Assembly (NCBI RefSeq): GCF_963506605.1
Contig: NC_083289.1
Coordinates: 28,396,001 to 28,460,000 of the forward strand
DNA length: 64,000 bases
Direction of reading: 5' to 3'
Source of the DNA: Zootoca vivipara
Taxonomy: Eukaryota
Positions 48,053 to 59,680 of the stretch are shown piece after piece; within the stretch, counting starts at the first letter, position 1; every line of letters begins with the position of its first letter. Below the pieces are notes generated by a model. It made no database searches, was not told the DNA's origin, and was given only the letters and a program-made list of their open reading frames with translations. The position numbers and the translations under genes were made by a program.

Positions 48053-51000
48053 CTGGAAGAGAGCAGAAAATAGCCTCAGGTTCCCCACCTGGAATGGCTT
48101 TCCATGCCGGAAGCCAGCATGAGAATGATCCCGCTACCCCCTCGGCTACTGCTGGAGTCAGTGTGCACCTCTCGGGCTACCTGCTACTTGCAGGATGTGT
48201 GTGTATGTTCATCCCTAGATACCTGGAGAACCTGGTTGGTTGAGATTAGTTTCTTTTATTTACATGATTTACGTGCTGCTTCAGATTTCCAAAACTACAT
48301 TTCGGAAACTACAACTAATGCAGAATGCAGCAGCTAGACTGGTGACTGGGAGCGACCGCTGGGACCATACGCACTGGTCCTGAAATACCTACATTGGCTC
48401 CCAGTACGTTTCCAAACAAAATTCAAAGTGTTGGTGCTGACCTTTAAAGCTCTAAGCGGCCTTGGCCCTCTATACCCGAAGGAGTGTCTCCACTCCCATT
48501 GTTCAGCCTAGACACTGAAATCTAGCGCTGAGGGCCTTGGGCGGTTCCCTCACTGCAAGAAGCGAGGTTATAGGGAACTAGGAAAGGCTTTCTCAGTAGT
48601 GGCCTCCACCCTGTGGAACACCCTCCCATCAGATGTCAAGGAGAAAAGTAACTATACAACCTTTAGAAGGCAGCCCTGCATAGGGAAGTTTTTAATGTTT
48701 AATGTTTTTATATATGCTGGAAGCTACTCAGATTGGCTGGGGCAACCCAGTCAGATGGGTGGGGTACAAATGTTGTTGTTGTTGTTGTTGTTTACAACCT
48801 GCCTCCAAGTGAGGCGGCCAGGTCCTGCCTAGGCCACAAAGCTGCCAGCCTGACACCCACATCTCCCCACCACTACCAGAGAGGGACCAGGAAGACTCCC
48901 AGGCGGCAATACCAAAACCTTGCCCAGAAAGCCATCTCTGTAGCTGAAACCCTCTTCTCTTCTGAAAGGATGGGAGGCCCACTTCTCCATGGCAGCCTGA
49001 GAATTACACCCCGCCCTCCCCAGCTTGGTACTCAGCCATCATCAGGTTCTATGTGGCTGCTCCCGAGATCATGGTTGTTACCTTGAAATCCCCACTGTGT
49101 GAGAGATAAAGGGGCTGGAAATAAGCTGCTGGGCTGGGGATGTTTGCGCTGCAATGGCCCTTGGATCTGTGGAAAGAGAGAAGCGCAGCCCATGGGAAAA
49201 CACCCCTTCTCTTCCTCCAGCCTCCCACAGTCCATCCTCCCTGGGTGCTGGTGGTGTACAAATAATTGCCTCCTCCTCCTCCTGCAGAAGCATTGAGCGC
49301 CCCTATTCCACCTCCTTGGTGCATGTCAACCCCAGTGAGGAAAAGAGAAAGCACAGGCAACCTCCTGCCCACCTGCTGGGCCAATTTGGAGCTGGAGAGT
49401 GGTCTGGTTGTATGCAAACGCCCTCGAAGGGCTGGTGTTCACACAACTGAAGGAAGTACCTCCATGCACACAAAAGGCTGAGCATCAGCCATACCCAATC
49501 TGAGAGCCAGTTCCCACTTCAGGGCAGGGCAGAAGGAGATAGATATACTGCAGTCTGTGTGCCTTTTATGTGACAGGCACTCCTTTCCTGCTGTGGGAAC
49601 CACAAAAGCCTCCCTTTCCTGTGTCTCTGTTTTCTGCGCTTGTGCATGCACTAGGCACATTGTGTGGGTGCGAGGGAGTGCAACTCAGGGTAGCAAAGCC
49701 CTGGGCCAGAGACCCCAACTCCTTCTCTGACCTCATGTGATGAGCAAAACACAAATACTGGTGCCTGGGCCCTCCTGGCTGCCTGTATGCAACATCTCCA
49801 GGTGAAATGAATGAATGAGTGAGTGATATACCTCCAGAAGATTGTGAGTACCAGGAGCAGGAACAGTAGGATGCCCAGGCAGAGAAAGAGCGGGTTGAAC
49901 ACATGCTTCAGGAGGTGGGATTCCCAATGCTGCTGCCGCTCGTTGCCTGTGGATGGAATCATCAGCACATCAGTATAGTGGAGGATTGCCCTCGGTTTGC
50001 CAAAAAAAGGAGCTGGTGACCGAAGGAATGAGCACAATTGCCTTTTTGTGGGTTTCACTTTGGAACGGCAAACAAGCAGACACGCATTTCACCAAGAGCT
50101 TATGCAGCCTGTGTGGTGTGTGGGATATATTCAGCTCCAGTAAAATACTAAATAAATCTTTGGGGGATGAAACTGGTAGCCGCAGAGAGTCTGTGTCTTG
50201 CCTAGAAAGGCAGATTTTAAAAACCTGTCCCTTAAGAAGCTTACGTGGCTAGTTCCGAGGAACACCAAAGACGACCTTTCCCCCCAAGAGACGTGACCCT
50301 GTGTTTTTTTTAATGCGGGGGGGGGGCCTTTGTTGGTACTTTGTTTTGTGAGTTGTAACTTGCCTTTGAGCATAAGAAAACAAAACCTATAACACAAATG
50401 AGTGCAAGCAAGAGAAGTGGAATTTTTGTGTGTGTGGACCTGGGTGTGTGGCACATCAAATGCAGCACAGCTTTGTACCAGACCTGGGGGAACTTTCCAC
50501 TTGGTGGTGGCACTCCACGGACTCCACTGGCTTCTGTAGTGCATATTCACATCTGGAGTTTTGCAGCGAATTCTTGCCACATACTCTATGCCAGACTCGA
50601 ACTCGAAGCCCTCAATTTCCACCCATGTTTCTTTGTTGACCCAGACCTTGTTCTGTGCCTGCTGTGAAGGATCGGAGCACAAGCAATGTTTCCATTAGAC
50701 AAAATTCAGTTGAGCAGGCCCTGTAAGCCATAGCAAATACCAGAAGGAGATGGGGGCTTCCGGGTGGAGACCTTGCCTTGTGCCGCTAACAGCTTGTTCA
50801 GACTCAACGTTTGCTTGTGCTTTCACCCAACCCCATTTTCTCAGTTGTAGATATCACTGCTGCTCAGCCATTTGCCATCCACGTCAGTGTGCAAACCTTG
50901 ACTGGACGTCTCTGTGCTGTGTGTCAGCCAAGACCCCTCATGTCTCCTATCCTCCAGGGCACCGTGATCCTTGAGAAGGGAAGAGGTGGTGATACACCTT

Positions 51001-54000
51001 CCGCTCTCAGCCCATTTCAGTGGCCTCTTACCTCCCAGGGTACTTCTGTGGTCTTGAATGCCAGTTCCCATTGCCAGTCGTCCAGAAAAATGTCTTCATA
51101 GGCCTCTGGCCTCCTCCACTGCATCCAACACTTGCTGGAACTCATGTTGCTCTGCAGGTCAAACGGTGGCTCACATTTGACTGGAAAGAGATGGAGAGCG
51201 GAGAGGAGGTGCTGCCGAGAGCCAAGAAGACCCCACCCACCCAAAAGCAACACTGTGTGTGTGTGCGTGCGCGCGCTCCTGGGACATCCTCCAGGGAGCT
51301 GCTGCTGCTCAGGGAGAACTCAGCAGGGCTCACCAGGATGTCCAGGGCTGGAAAAAGCTCAGAAAGAGGTGGAGGGGAGGGAAAAGGCTGGGGGCAAACA
51401 GTGTGTCCCCAGCAGCTGGAGTACACATGGACCCTTGCCTCCAACCATGGCCACTCTCCCGTCCTGGAGAAGTTTGAGTCAGTCCCTCCACACGCAAGAA
51501 GACTCACTGTGCAGCCTGGGCTCATACATCGCAAAGACTATGAGTCCATTTCCGGAGGAGGAGGAGGCATACAAGGAGACGCTGTACTCATCGTTCTCTG
51601 TGAACTCGCCCTCTTCACTATTCACAGAGCAGCTGAACAGGTCCAGGGCCTCCTCAGAGAGATGGCAGATGAGGTCACTGTAGAGACCGAGGAGGCTGCA
51701 AAACAGAGGAGAGGGGGAAGAAGGTCCTTCCTTGGGGTGGCCGCTGGGCATGAAGCATGGCTGGGGGGAATGTGGCCAGGCTGGGGGAATGTGGCCAGGC
51801 TGGGGAAATGTGGCCGGCCGCCATGAGAGGAAGGAGAGAATGCCTCTGAGCATATGGAGAGTAACTCCTATCACAACACTCATTTACCTGGACTTCCTGA
51901 CTGTGTGTCCAAAAGGGACAAAAGGAGGGAGGGACAGGGATTTGTTTCCAGGCAACCTGAAAATCTAAATGTGCACTTTGGAGAAATTAAGGATTGCCCA
52001 GAGGTGGAGAGGGTGAAGAGGCCATTTTGCAAAGGTGGTTGAGAGCCCACTCGCCCATCTGGGAGGAGTGGGAAGGGTCTACCCACCAGGGAAGGGACTC
52101 GAACAGATCCCTGGGGGCTGGGATGGGCGTGATATTGGGCAGAGCAGCCTTTGACTCTGTGGTTGTGCCTAGCACCATGGGCATTTTCTCCCAAGAGGGT
52201 ATACCCTGCTGTGGCTGTTGCTTTTTGCCCCTTGTGCTCCTGCCAAAGTCCTGGGAAGTCTGCTCTCTGGCTCCTGAAACCCATCAATCACCAACATCCC
52301 CTGGACTCTGCAGGCACCTCCTTTCCCCCCCACAGCTTGCAACCATGAGAGATACACTCCCCAGGAACCCAGAACCACCCTGCAAGAAACCTGGCTCCTG
52401 CCAGCTCCCAGTCACCCAGCAGGGAACAGGGCTTGGTGTCCCTGCCCTTACTCAGAGAAATTGAGGTGGAAGGGTCCCTCTCCCAGGATCTCCTCACGGC
52501 GGTGCCATGTGCAATTTACCCTGCGGCCCTGCAGCCCATAATTGTTCAGACATCGCACACTGTTGTTGGAGAGCCCTGCCAGGAGACAGAGAAAAGGGGA
52601 GAAGGGGTTCAGGGCACCGTTAGACGCCAGCTGCACCCTCATCAGTCCAGCACCACTCCCGCCCTCCTTCCTGAAATTTGGCTTGCGTTTATTCCAAATG
52701 TGCCATTAGGAGGCACTGGGAAGAAGAGGTTGCAGATGCTTTGGGGACAAGAGCATAAGAACACAAAGAGAGCCCTGCAGCTGGATGAAACCAGTGGTTC
52801 ATCTAGTTCAGCCTCTGGTTCTCACAGTGGCCAACTAGATGCTCCAAAGGGAAGAAGCCCATAAGCAGCCGGCATTAAGAAGCATTCCTGCCTTGAGCAG
52901 AAGATGAAAGGAGCAATCTGCCCCTCTGGGTTGCTGGGAGGTTTCTGGAGGAGAGACCTGATTTGGGGATTTCAGTGGACAAGCTGCTATGCACTTGTGT
53001 GTTCTTCTGCAACCTCCTGCTTCTCACCTGTCTCTGAGCATGCCCTGTCCACTGCACTGGATGAAGGAAAAGCCCCTTCTCAGAGAGAGGGTGTAATCTA
53101 GTACAGGGCTAGTGCTCAGCAGCGCTTTCTGATATTTTGAATTACTTTATTAAATCATCTTGATGAATTTGTTTTGTCGTATGCTACTGTGTTTGATATT
53201 ACAGTCAAACCTTGGTTCCTGAATGCCTCTGTTATCGTACGTTTCGGCTCCCGAATGCTGAAACTTGGAAGTAACTGATCCGGTTTTGAATGATTTTCGG
53301 AAGCCAAACAGCTCCTGGGGAGGTTTTTTATTTTTATTTTCATTTTTCTCCATTGACTTTGCTGACCGCCCTTTGATCCTCATTTTGGAAGTTGAACTGG
53401 CTTCCAGAATGGATTACGTTCGACAACAGAGGTTTGACCATACAGTGATTGCATTGTTCGTTGTTTCTTAACGCTACTGAGATTATTGTGAGTCGCTTTG
53501 AGCTCAACACGTGTGGTTGGAAAGGCAGAATACAAATATTACATCAAAAATCTAAACAAATGTAGAAAGGGGACTCTGTAAAGAAAACAGCAAAGACCCT
53601 AGGGACCTTCCACTTCCTCAAAGGGGCCAAAGCCGGGAAAGAAGCCCAGAGATGGGTCTGGATATGTTCACAATAGGGTGAACAGCAGCATTTTAATCTG
53701 GAAAATGGCCAGGTGGAGAGTTAAAGACACTGCCCCCTCTTTCAACAGTGCTTTTCTGGACAAAATGGAACCCCTGCCCCCCACCCCAACTACTTTTAAG
53801 TTAAACCCTAACACATCCACACGCATTGAGACCAGGAGATGTCCTGAGAGACCTTGTGGTGCCTTTTGAGCTCCGCTCTGGTCACAGGTCCTCAGACGTA
53901 CATCCTATTCTCTGTAGGTCCATTTGGTGGCCAAGAACCGCTCCCCTCCCCACCTACCTGTTTGCTGTATTTCCTCAGCCGCAAAGAGAGGGAAGAGGAG

Positions 54001-54045
54001 CACCTGCAACAGGCAAGTGGTCTGACAGCCTTCCCCCATGGCCAT
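47516..54045 (-). CDS. IL9R: Interleukin-9 receptor alpha-like class I cytokine receptor; 8 coding exons, 487 aa
   Basis: Exons 54045-53958 (signal peptide), 52575-52452, 51695-51508, 51180-51032, 50661-50484 (WSPWS), 49946-49832 (TM), 49166-49082 (Box1 IPSPAAYFQPLY), 48052-47516 (NDYCSLG). Phases are consistent and sum to 1464 nt. Box1 and the NxYCxLG motif resemble IL9R more than IL2RB. Confidence 0.8.
48310..48792 (+). mobile_element. L2 LINE 3' fragment in the last IL9R intron
   Basis: LQLMQNAAARLVTG...LHWLPVRF...FKVLVLTFKAL motif; ends in (GTT)n. Confidence 0.8.
49082..49166 (-). CDS. IL9R: IL9R-like Box1 exon
   Basis: 85 nt, SKGHCSANIPSPAAYFQPLYLSHSGDFK. Confidence 0.85.
49832..49946 (-). 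CDS. IL9R: IL9R-like transmembrane exon
   Basis: VFNPLFLCLGILLFLLLVLTIFWR. Confidence 0.82.
50484..50661 (-). CDS. IL9R: IL9R-like exon with WSXWS
   Basis: YVARIRCK...YRSQWSPWS; NAGNAG acceptor, weak donor GTCTGG. Confidence 0.82.
51032..51180 (-). CDS. IL9R: IL9R-like exon, D2 first half
   Basis: IKCEPPFDLQSNMSSSKCWMQW...WELAFKTTEVPWE. Confidence 0.85.
51508..51695 (-). CDS. IL9R: IL9R-like exon, D1 second half
   Basis: DLICHL...FSCSV...FTENDEYSVSL...YEPRLH. Confidence 0.8.
51759..51817. repeat. 3x ~19-bp G-rich tandem repeat (GGCTGGGGGAATGTGGCCA)
   Basis: Directly visible tandem array in an IL9R intron. Confidence 0.8.
52452..52575 (-). CDS. IL9R: IL9R-like exon, D1 first half
   Basis: GLSNNSVRCLNNYGLQGRRVNCTWHRREE... 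(C..CxW pattern). Confidence 0.8.
53202..53440. mobile_element. Tigger-like MITE
   Basis: TIR CAGTCAAACCT / AGGTTTGACCA; TA flanks. Confidence 0.7.
53958..54045 (-). CDS. IL9R: IL9R-like signal peptide exon
   Basis: MAMGEGCQTTCLLQVLLFPLFAAEEIQQT, phase-1 donor G|GTAGGT; acceptor ttctag just upstream (exon starts 54053). Confidence 0.65.
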
Positions 54046-54432
54046 AATGACTCCTAGAAAACAGAAGGACAGAAGGGGCCCGGTCAACCCACTGCTAAGC
54101 CAGCTCCTCTCCCTGCAGATGGAAAGTGACTTCCGATGGCGAGGCACTAAGGTCTCTCTGTGGCAATGGGGCCAGGAAGCTTATACTGCACATGGCATGC
54201 CAAGCCCCAGGGAGGGAGACAGGATGGATTCAGAAGAGCTTTTTCACCTGCTTTATTCCCACTGAAGGCTGTTGTTGCTGTGTGATACGCAGGATAGTGG
54301 TGAACGTGGGGGGATGCAGAAACACCCCCACCCCACCTTATATAGAACATTCCTTAACAGCTATAGCCATCTCAGTTGTGGAGACTTGCTATATATCTAC
54401 ATCTATCTATATTATAAAATTGATATGATATA

Positions 54433-54598
54433 CCATATTTTTCCATGTATAAGACTCCCCCTACTTTTGTGGTGTATATTACTCCCCCATGTATAAGACG
54501 CCCCCTACTTTTGGGGACCCCAAATTTATAAGACACCCCCAGATTTTAACTTTGTTTTAAAGTAAAAAAACTTAGTCTTATACACAGAAAAAATACAG
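54433..54598. mobile_element. Mariner-type MITE
   Basis: Same TIR family as 30858-31021, with internal TGTATAAGAC repeats. Confidence 0.7.
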
Positions 54599-56791
54599 TA
54601 ATTATATCTATATGTTATAATTGCATCTCTACCAGCCCTGTAACAGAGCCTCAAAAGGACCCAAGGACTCCCAGTAATTTGGAGGGGGGTGGAAATTCTT
54701 ATACCACCCAGGCTGAAATCTCATGGACGCTTACATGAAAGGGAGCCCCATTGATCACAGCTATTATATAAATTATATCAGCCCTCCTCTGTGCCTTGAC
54801 CAGACCCAATGTGACTCTTACCCAGAGCTCCTTGGGGGGGTCTCTCTCTCTGGATAGATTTCGTGGGAGGCAGAAAAGCAGTCCAGAAAGCAATGGCAAG
54901 TGGCTGCAGATGGACTCTGTGGTTCTTCCTCTCCTGGAGCTGCTCCAGTGGCAATTTGCTCCGTCTTGGCCCCTGGGCTGATTAGAAAGAACAGTTTGTT
55001 TACCAGGCAGGGGGAGGTCTCTTCTCTATTGAGGCAGATGTTGGCGATAAGTTTCGCAGGCTATGGAGATTGTCTCTAAGATTGTCAAACCAATTTTGAG
55101 GGGTATGAAGGCATTAACCCTGTGGGTCCCCAAGCATGAGCCATGTGCCTGAAACCTGCCTGAGCCCTGGTTTTTGCCCTACATTTTTGCTACCTCATGT
55201 AAGGAGACATCTGTGCTTCTTCTGATCCCAAAACAGAGCTGGCCCAACCATTAAGCAAACTGAGGCAATTGCCTCAGGTGGCAGGTGCTGGGGTGGGGCA
55301 GCAGCCCCCACATTTTCATCTAAAGCCCTCCTCCAAGCCATTCCCCTGTTGCTGCGTGACCTGTCCAGAAACTTGGGTCTGGTCTGCTGTGTCAAGTATG
55401 GTGTGGAGGGCTGAATTAAGAGTCAGCTGCCAATCCACTCGTCTTCTGTATATTGGATTTGGGGAGGGGGCGTTCCATCTTTCCTTCTTTGCCACAGGCG
55501 GGCAGTTGAATATATTGGGCCGGTCGTGCCCACAGAGGAAGGTTGTCTCCCTGGGGAGAGGAGGAAGACATCCAGAGCCATCCTTGCAGCCTAGAAAGGG
55601 AGAAAGAGCACCAGTGAAGACTTCAGGACTCAGCTGTACAGCTGCAAATATAATGTTTTAAGTGCATTATACAAATTTCACACTAGATGGCGATAGTGAG
55701 CTTATGGCAGATTCAATATATTTTTCAAAACACTTTTTTTAAAAAAAGCATTTTCACTGTGTTTTTTAAAATGTGTCTAAATTCCACCCAGTCAGGTGGA
55801 AAAGAAGTAGCCCAAAGGGGTTGTGGCCAGGCAAAGGGGCTCTCAGGGAAGTAAGAAAGGAAGGCTCACAGACAGACAGCTGAAGCTGCACAGCTGCAAC
55901 CATTGAACTGGCAAGTGCAGCTGCCTGGCTGGCCTCTTGTCCTGCAGGGACCCTGTGCTTTTGCAGCACACACACAAGGTTCCGTGTCAGGCTGCCCTGT
56001 TAAATCAACTCTTCCTTGTTAGCTATAGGTCCATGGGGTGACTAGCTTCCCCTGAAACGCCTGCAGCCCAGATGCCCTGGCAGGGATACCAGTTTGCAAA
56101 TCCACCCCCCTCTCTTCTAGAGCAGAGCCCAGCTGTGTTCAGCTCCTCTGCTCCAGACACTTCCTCTGATGGCTCATCCATAGCAGTTCCAACAGGATGC
56201 GCCTCTTGCATCCTCCCAAGGCAGGAGAGTCTTTCAGGATGAAGAAAGAAGACCTTGGGTGTATGCCAGGGAGGGAGGTGTTGCGCCTTTTCTCTGGCAA
56301 CAGGGATGGGGAGGCTGCTTCAGGCGGCCTCCACATACAAGTGTTAGTCCAGGCCAGTGGGGGATGGCAGGCAGCTTCAGGCAAGGTGTAAGGTTGTGGA
56401 CATCAGTCCCCGGTGAAAAGATCCCGCTATGCCAGGCCGGGAAAAGCCAGTGCAGCAGAGGCTGCAGCCTGGTTCAACAGCAGGGGATTTCTTGACTGCT
56501 TCTGCCTCCTGGAGGAACTTTAGGCTCAGGCAGGCAAGCCCTGGTATATGGCCCTTCCAAGGGGCAAGATGGCCAGCGGAGAGAGGGAGGAAATAATGTT
56601 GTGGTTGGGGGGGGGGAATAGATGTCTGGAAGAAGTTAGGCTTGCTGGGCCGCTTCAGGGCACACAGGAAAAGCTTGGTCCGGTGGCCCCTTCGCTTTGG
56701 AACTGCCTTCGCACTATTTCTCTTGAAGGCCTCCCTTGGCAACAAGCATCTGAAGGGGCTCCAGGGGAGAGGCTGCTAGGACCATCTAGGG

Positions 56792-56927
56792 CAGGCATAG
56801 GCAAACTCGTCCCTCCAGATGTTTTGGGACTACAACTCCCATCATCCCTAGCTAACAGGACCAGTGGTCAGGGATGATGGGAGTTGTAGTCCCAAAACAT
56901 CTGGAGGGCTGAGTTTGCCTATGCCTG
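56792..56927. mobile_element. 136-bp hAT MITE (variant TIR CAGGCATAGGCAAACT)
   Basis: Palindromic; TSD ATCTAGGG/ATCTAGTG. Confidence 0.85.
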
Positions 56928-58757
56928 ATCTAGTGGGCTCAGCTTTTTCCACCTGCCTTGCCCCACCCCTTTGCCTGGGATCCTTTTAAAGTGAAGATGC
57001 TGCTTAGGTATTTTTGTCTTAACTTTTTTCGTAGGACCACCAATGTGTTTGGTTTGTAATACTGTTGGAATGTTTTGAATGTGTATAATTCTGCATTATT
57101 AGTGTATGCATTATTGCATTTGTGTGTACACTATCTGCTAATTCTTGGGAGCCTTTCTGGCTAAAAAGTGGCATATAAATAAACAATAACATAAAGTAAC
57201 AATGGGGGATGCTTATTCCAGCCTGCACCAGTACTGGGTTTGAAATAGTTTTTTAATATGCCTTGATTGTTAAAGCGCTTTGGCACGTTTCCCAGGAAGA
57301 GGTTCTTGAATGAAACAAAGAAATGAAGTTTATCACCAAGTTAAATGTTGAGTATAATTGTTTAATTGCAGACTGAAATGGAGAATGTCTGCATGTATAC
57401 TGCTATGGGTTTAACACTTGAAAATTCCATTGGGGAATGCTAAAGCTCTCTAAGCTTCTAGCTGGGTTAATGATTAACTGTTGATACTCTCTACCCTTTT
57501 CATGAGAGTGTTTAACCTTAGACCAGATGTTTACAGTATTCAATTGCAAATCTCCATTTTGAAGGGAGCTGCCTTTGGTTTCTTATTTCCCAGGAATAGT
57601 GGGAGAAAGATGTGCAAATAAGTCTTTCCATGAGATACAGCTCCAAGCTAATGGAGACTGTAGGGAGAGACCTTTGATTCTAGGTCTGTTTAGAGTCATA
57701 TTTCTATGATATTGAGCCTATGCTTGGACAAGTCTTATGGAATTACTTGGAGTTATCATTATTATTATTATTTTGTACTGTACCAGTTTTGAAGAAGTTC
57801 TGGTTAGTAAAGCTTTGAATCATATTTATGGGTCTGGACAATTTTTATTCCGAAAGGAGTCTGCTTTTATGCATCCAATTGCTTCAAGCTACGCAATATT
57901 AATATGTGCAATAGTAACCCCTCCACCCTATGCCAGACCCACCAGCTGCTTTTCAGTTTCCAATCCAGGCTTGGACTTCCCTTTGTGGAGGAAACTCTGT
58001 CCTCCTAGTCTCCTTTTTCTCGCCTTTTGCCTTGGCCTTCACTCCCCCAATCAATGGCCATGCACACGCCCCACTAGTCACACAAATCACCACAACTGTG
58101 ATGGACCTTCTTTATTAAGTGCTATACAACAAATGCCAACATAATTGGTCCCTGCCCAGGGCTCACAGCCTGAAGTGTGGTGGCCCCCAAAAAGAGGAGG
58201 AAAGGATAAGGAAAGAGGGAGGGGGAAGGTTGGGGGTCCTCTGGGCCTCTTCATGGAGCGTAGCTGCTGCTGCAGAGAGTCCAGCTTTGGTGGTGGTGGG
58301 GACTCCTTCTGATTGATGCTGGCCTTGAAGACTACAATTTTCTCCCCACCAAAGGGGTGGAGTGAATGTGATGGGCATGTCTCCCTCTCTCTGCCCAGCC
58401 CAGCCCACCCCACCCCACCCATGTGCACCCCCTGTGGCTTGGAACTTGAAGTCTGGTTTGTGGTTGACACTCCCAACTTCATCCAAATATTTCATATTTG
58501 TAAAAAATATTCACTTTTTTAAGCAAAAAGGGGAATTTGTCAAGGAGGGGGGGGAAACAGCTTCCAGTCCTGGGGTGGGTGGGTCTCCTGGGGCAAAGGA
58601 GGTGTCTGGTAGTGGCAGCAAAGTCTTCCCTGCTTACATCTCTCTTACACAGGAGAAAGCAGAGCATCCAAGCAAGGCCCATAGATCTTTGCAAGGAGTG
58701 AAGGAGCTTCACGGTGGCCTCGACAGGTTCTTAGCTCCTGCTTCCCCTTCTGTGCTT

Positions 58758-59612
58758 TTAACTGGGCTGCACTCTGTTGTGACAGGAGGAGACCCACTGC
58801 TTGACATAGCTGGGCAGGAGCTCTTCCCCTGTCTCTCCGCTTTCCACACTGAGGGGTTCAGACCCACAGCCTGTCGGCCTCCTCTCGAACTCAGAGTCCA
58901 CAGGGCTCCCACAGTCACACTCTGCAAAGCCACTGTCAATGGTATCCAGATCCAGGCCATTGGCAAGGAGGTCCCCATCTGCATCCAAGTCAGGAGAGAG
59001 CAGGTCTCGGTAGGAAGCCAGGTCCTCCTCCTCTGAAGACAAGAGGCCTTCCAGGGTCCAGGGCTCAGGAGACAAACCAAAAAAGTCCACCTCCTCCCCA
59101 GACTTTTTTCTGCCCAGGGAACCGCCAGCTTGCGAGAAAGGGGCAAGAGTCTTGAGGAGAGGGTCTCCGGACCAGGACTCCAAGGCAGACAAGAAAGCCT
59201 TCCTCTGGGCTGCTGCTGGTGGGACCATGTCCACCAGGAGCAGATTCTCGGAGATCTGGCCCCCATTGAAGAGGATGCCCTGGTAGGCATCTCCCTTGCC
59301 CTGGCCCTCCTCCAGAGCGCAGCATGCTGTGGCCCCCTTGCACCTTGGGCAGCAGGCGGTAAACTCTCCAGCCACAGTGACGGTGTCAATGGAGAGGTGG
59401 CCGTAGGCCTGCTCATGGGTGGCGTCTTGGCTCCCAGGTGGGTGGGAAGCGAATGTAGCAGGGGAGGGTGCATGACCCCCACTCTGCTGCTCCTTGGCAG
59501 GGCTGGGGGGAAGGGGCTTTTGGCCCATCCCAAACACATCCAGCAGGGCTGTGCTCCATTCAAAGTTGTCCAACATGGCTCCGGGGTGGGAGATGCCGCC
59601 GCCCAACCACTT
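58758..59612 (-). CDS. IL21R: IL21R terminal cytoplasmic exon
   Basis: KWLG...SIDTVTV...DSGF...SYVKQWV...*; candidate AATAAA at 58116-58111 and 57849-57844. Confidence 0.92.
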   Translation of the reverse strand, partial: KWLGGGISHPGAMLDNFEWSTALLDVFGMGQKPLPPSPAKEQQSGGHAPSPATFASHPPGSQDATHEQAYGHLSIDTVTVAGEFTACCPRCKGATACCALEEGQGKGDAYQGILFNGGQISENLLLVDMVPPAAAQRKAFLSALESWSGDPLLKTLAPFSQAGGSLGRKKSGEEVDFFGLSPEPWTLEGLLSSEEEDLASYRDLLSPDLDADGDLLANGLDLDTIDSGFAECDCGSPVDSEFERRPTGCGSEPLSVESGETGEELLPSYVKQWVSSCHNRVQPS

Positions 59613-59618
59613 CTGCAC

Positions 59619-59680
<62 letters not shown>

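Noticed and set aside
51020-51826. 268-aa plus-strand ORF
   Set aside because: Antisense to two IL9R exons and a GC-rich intron; no domain.
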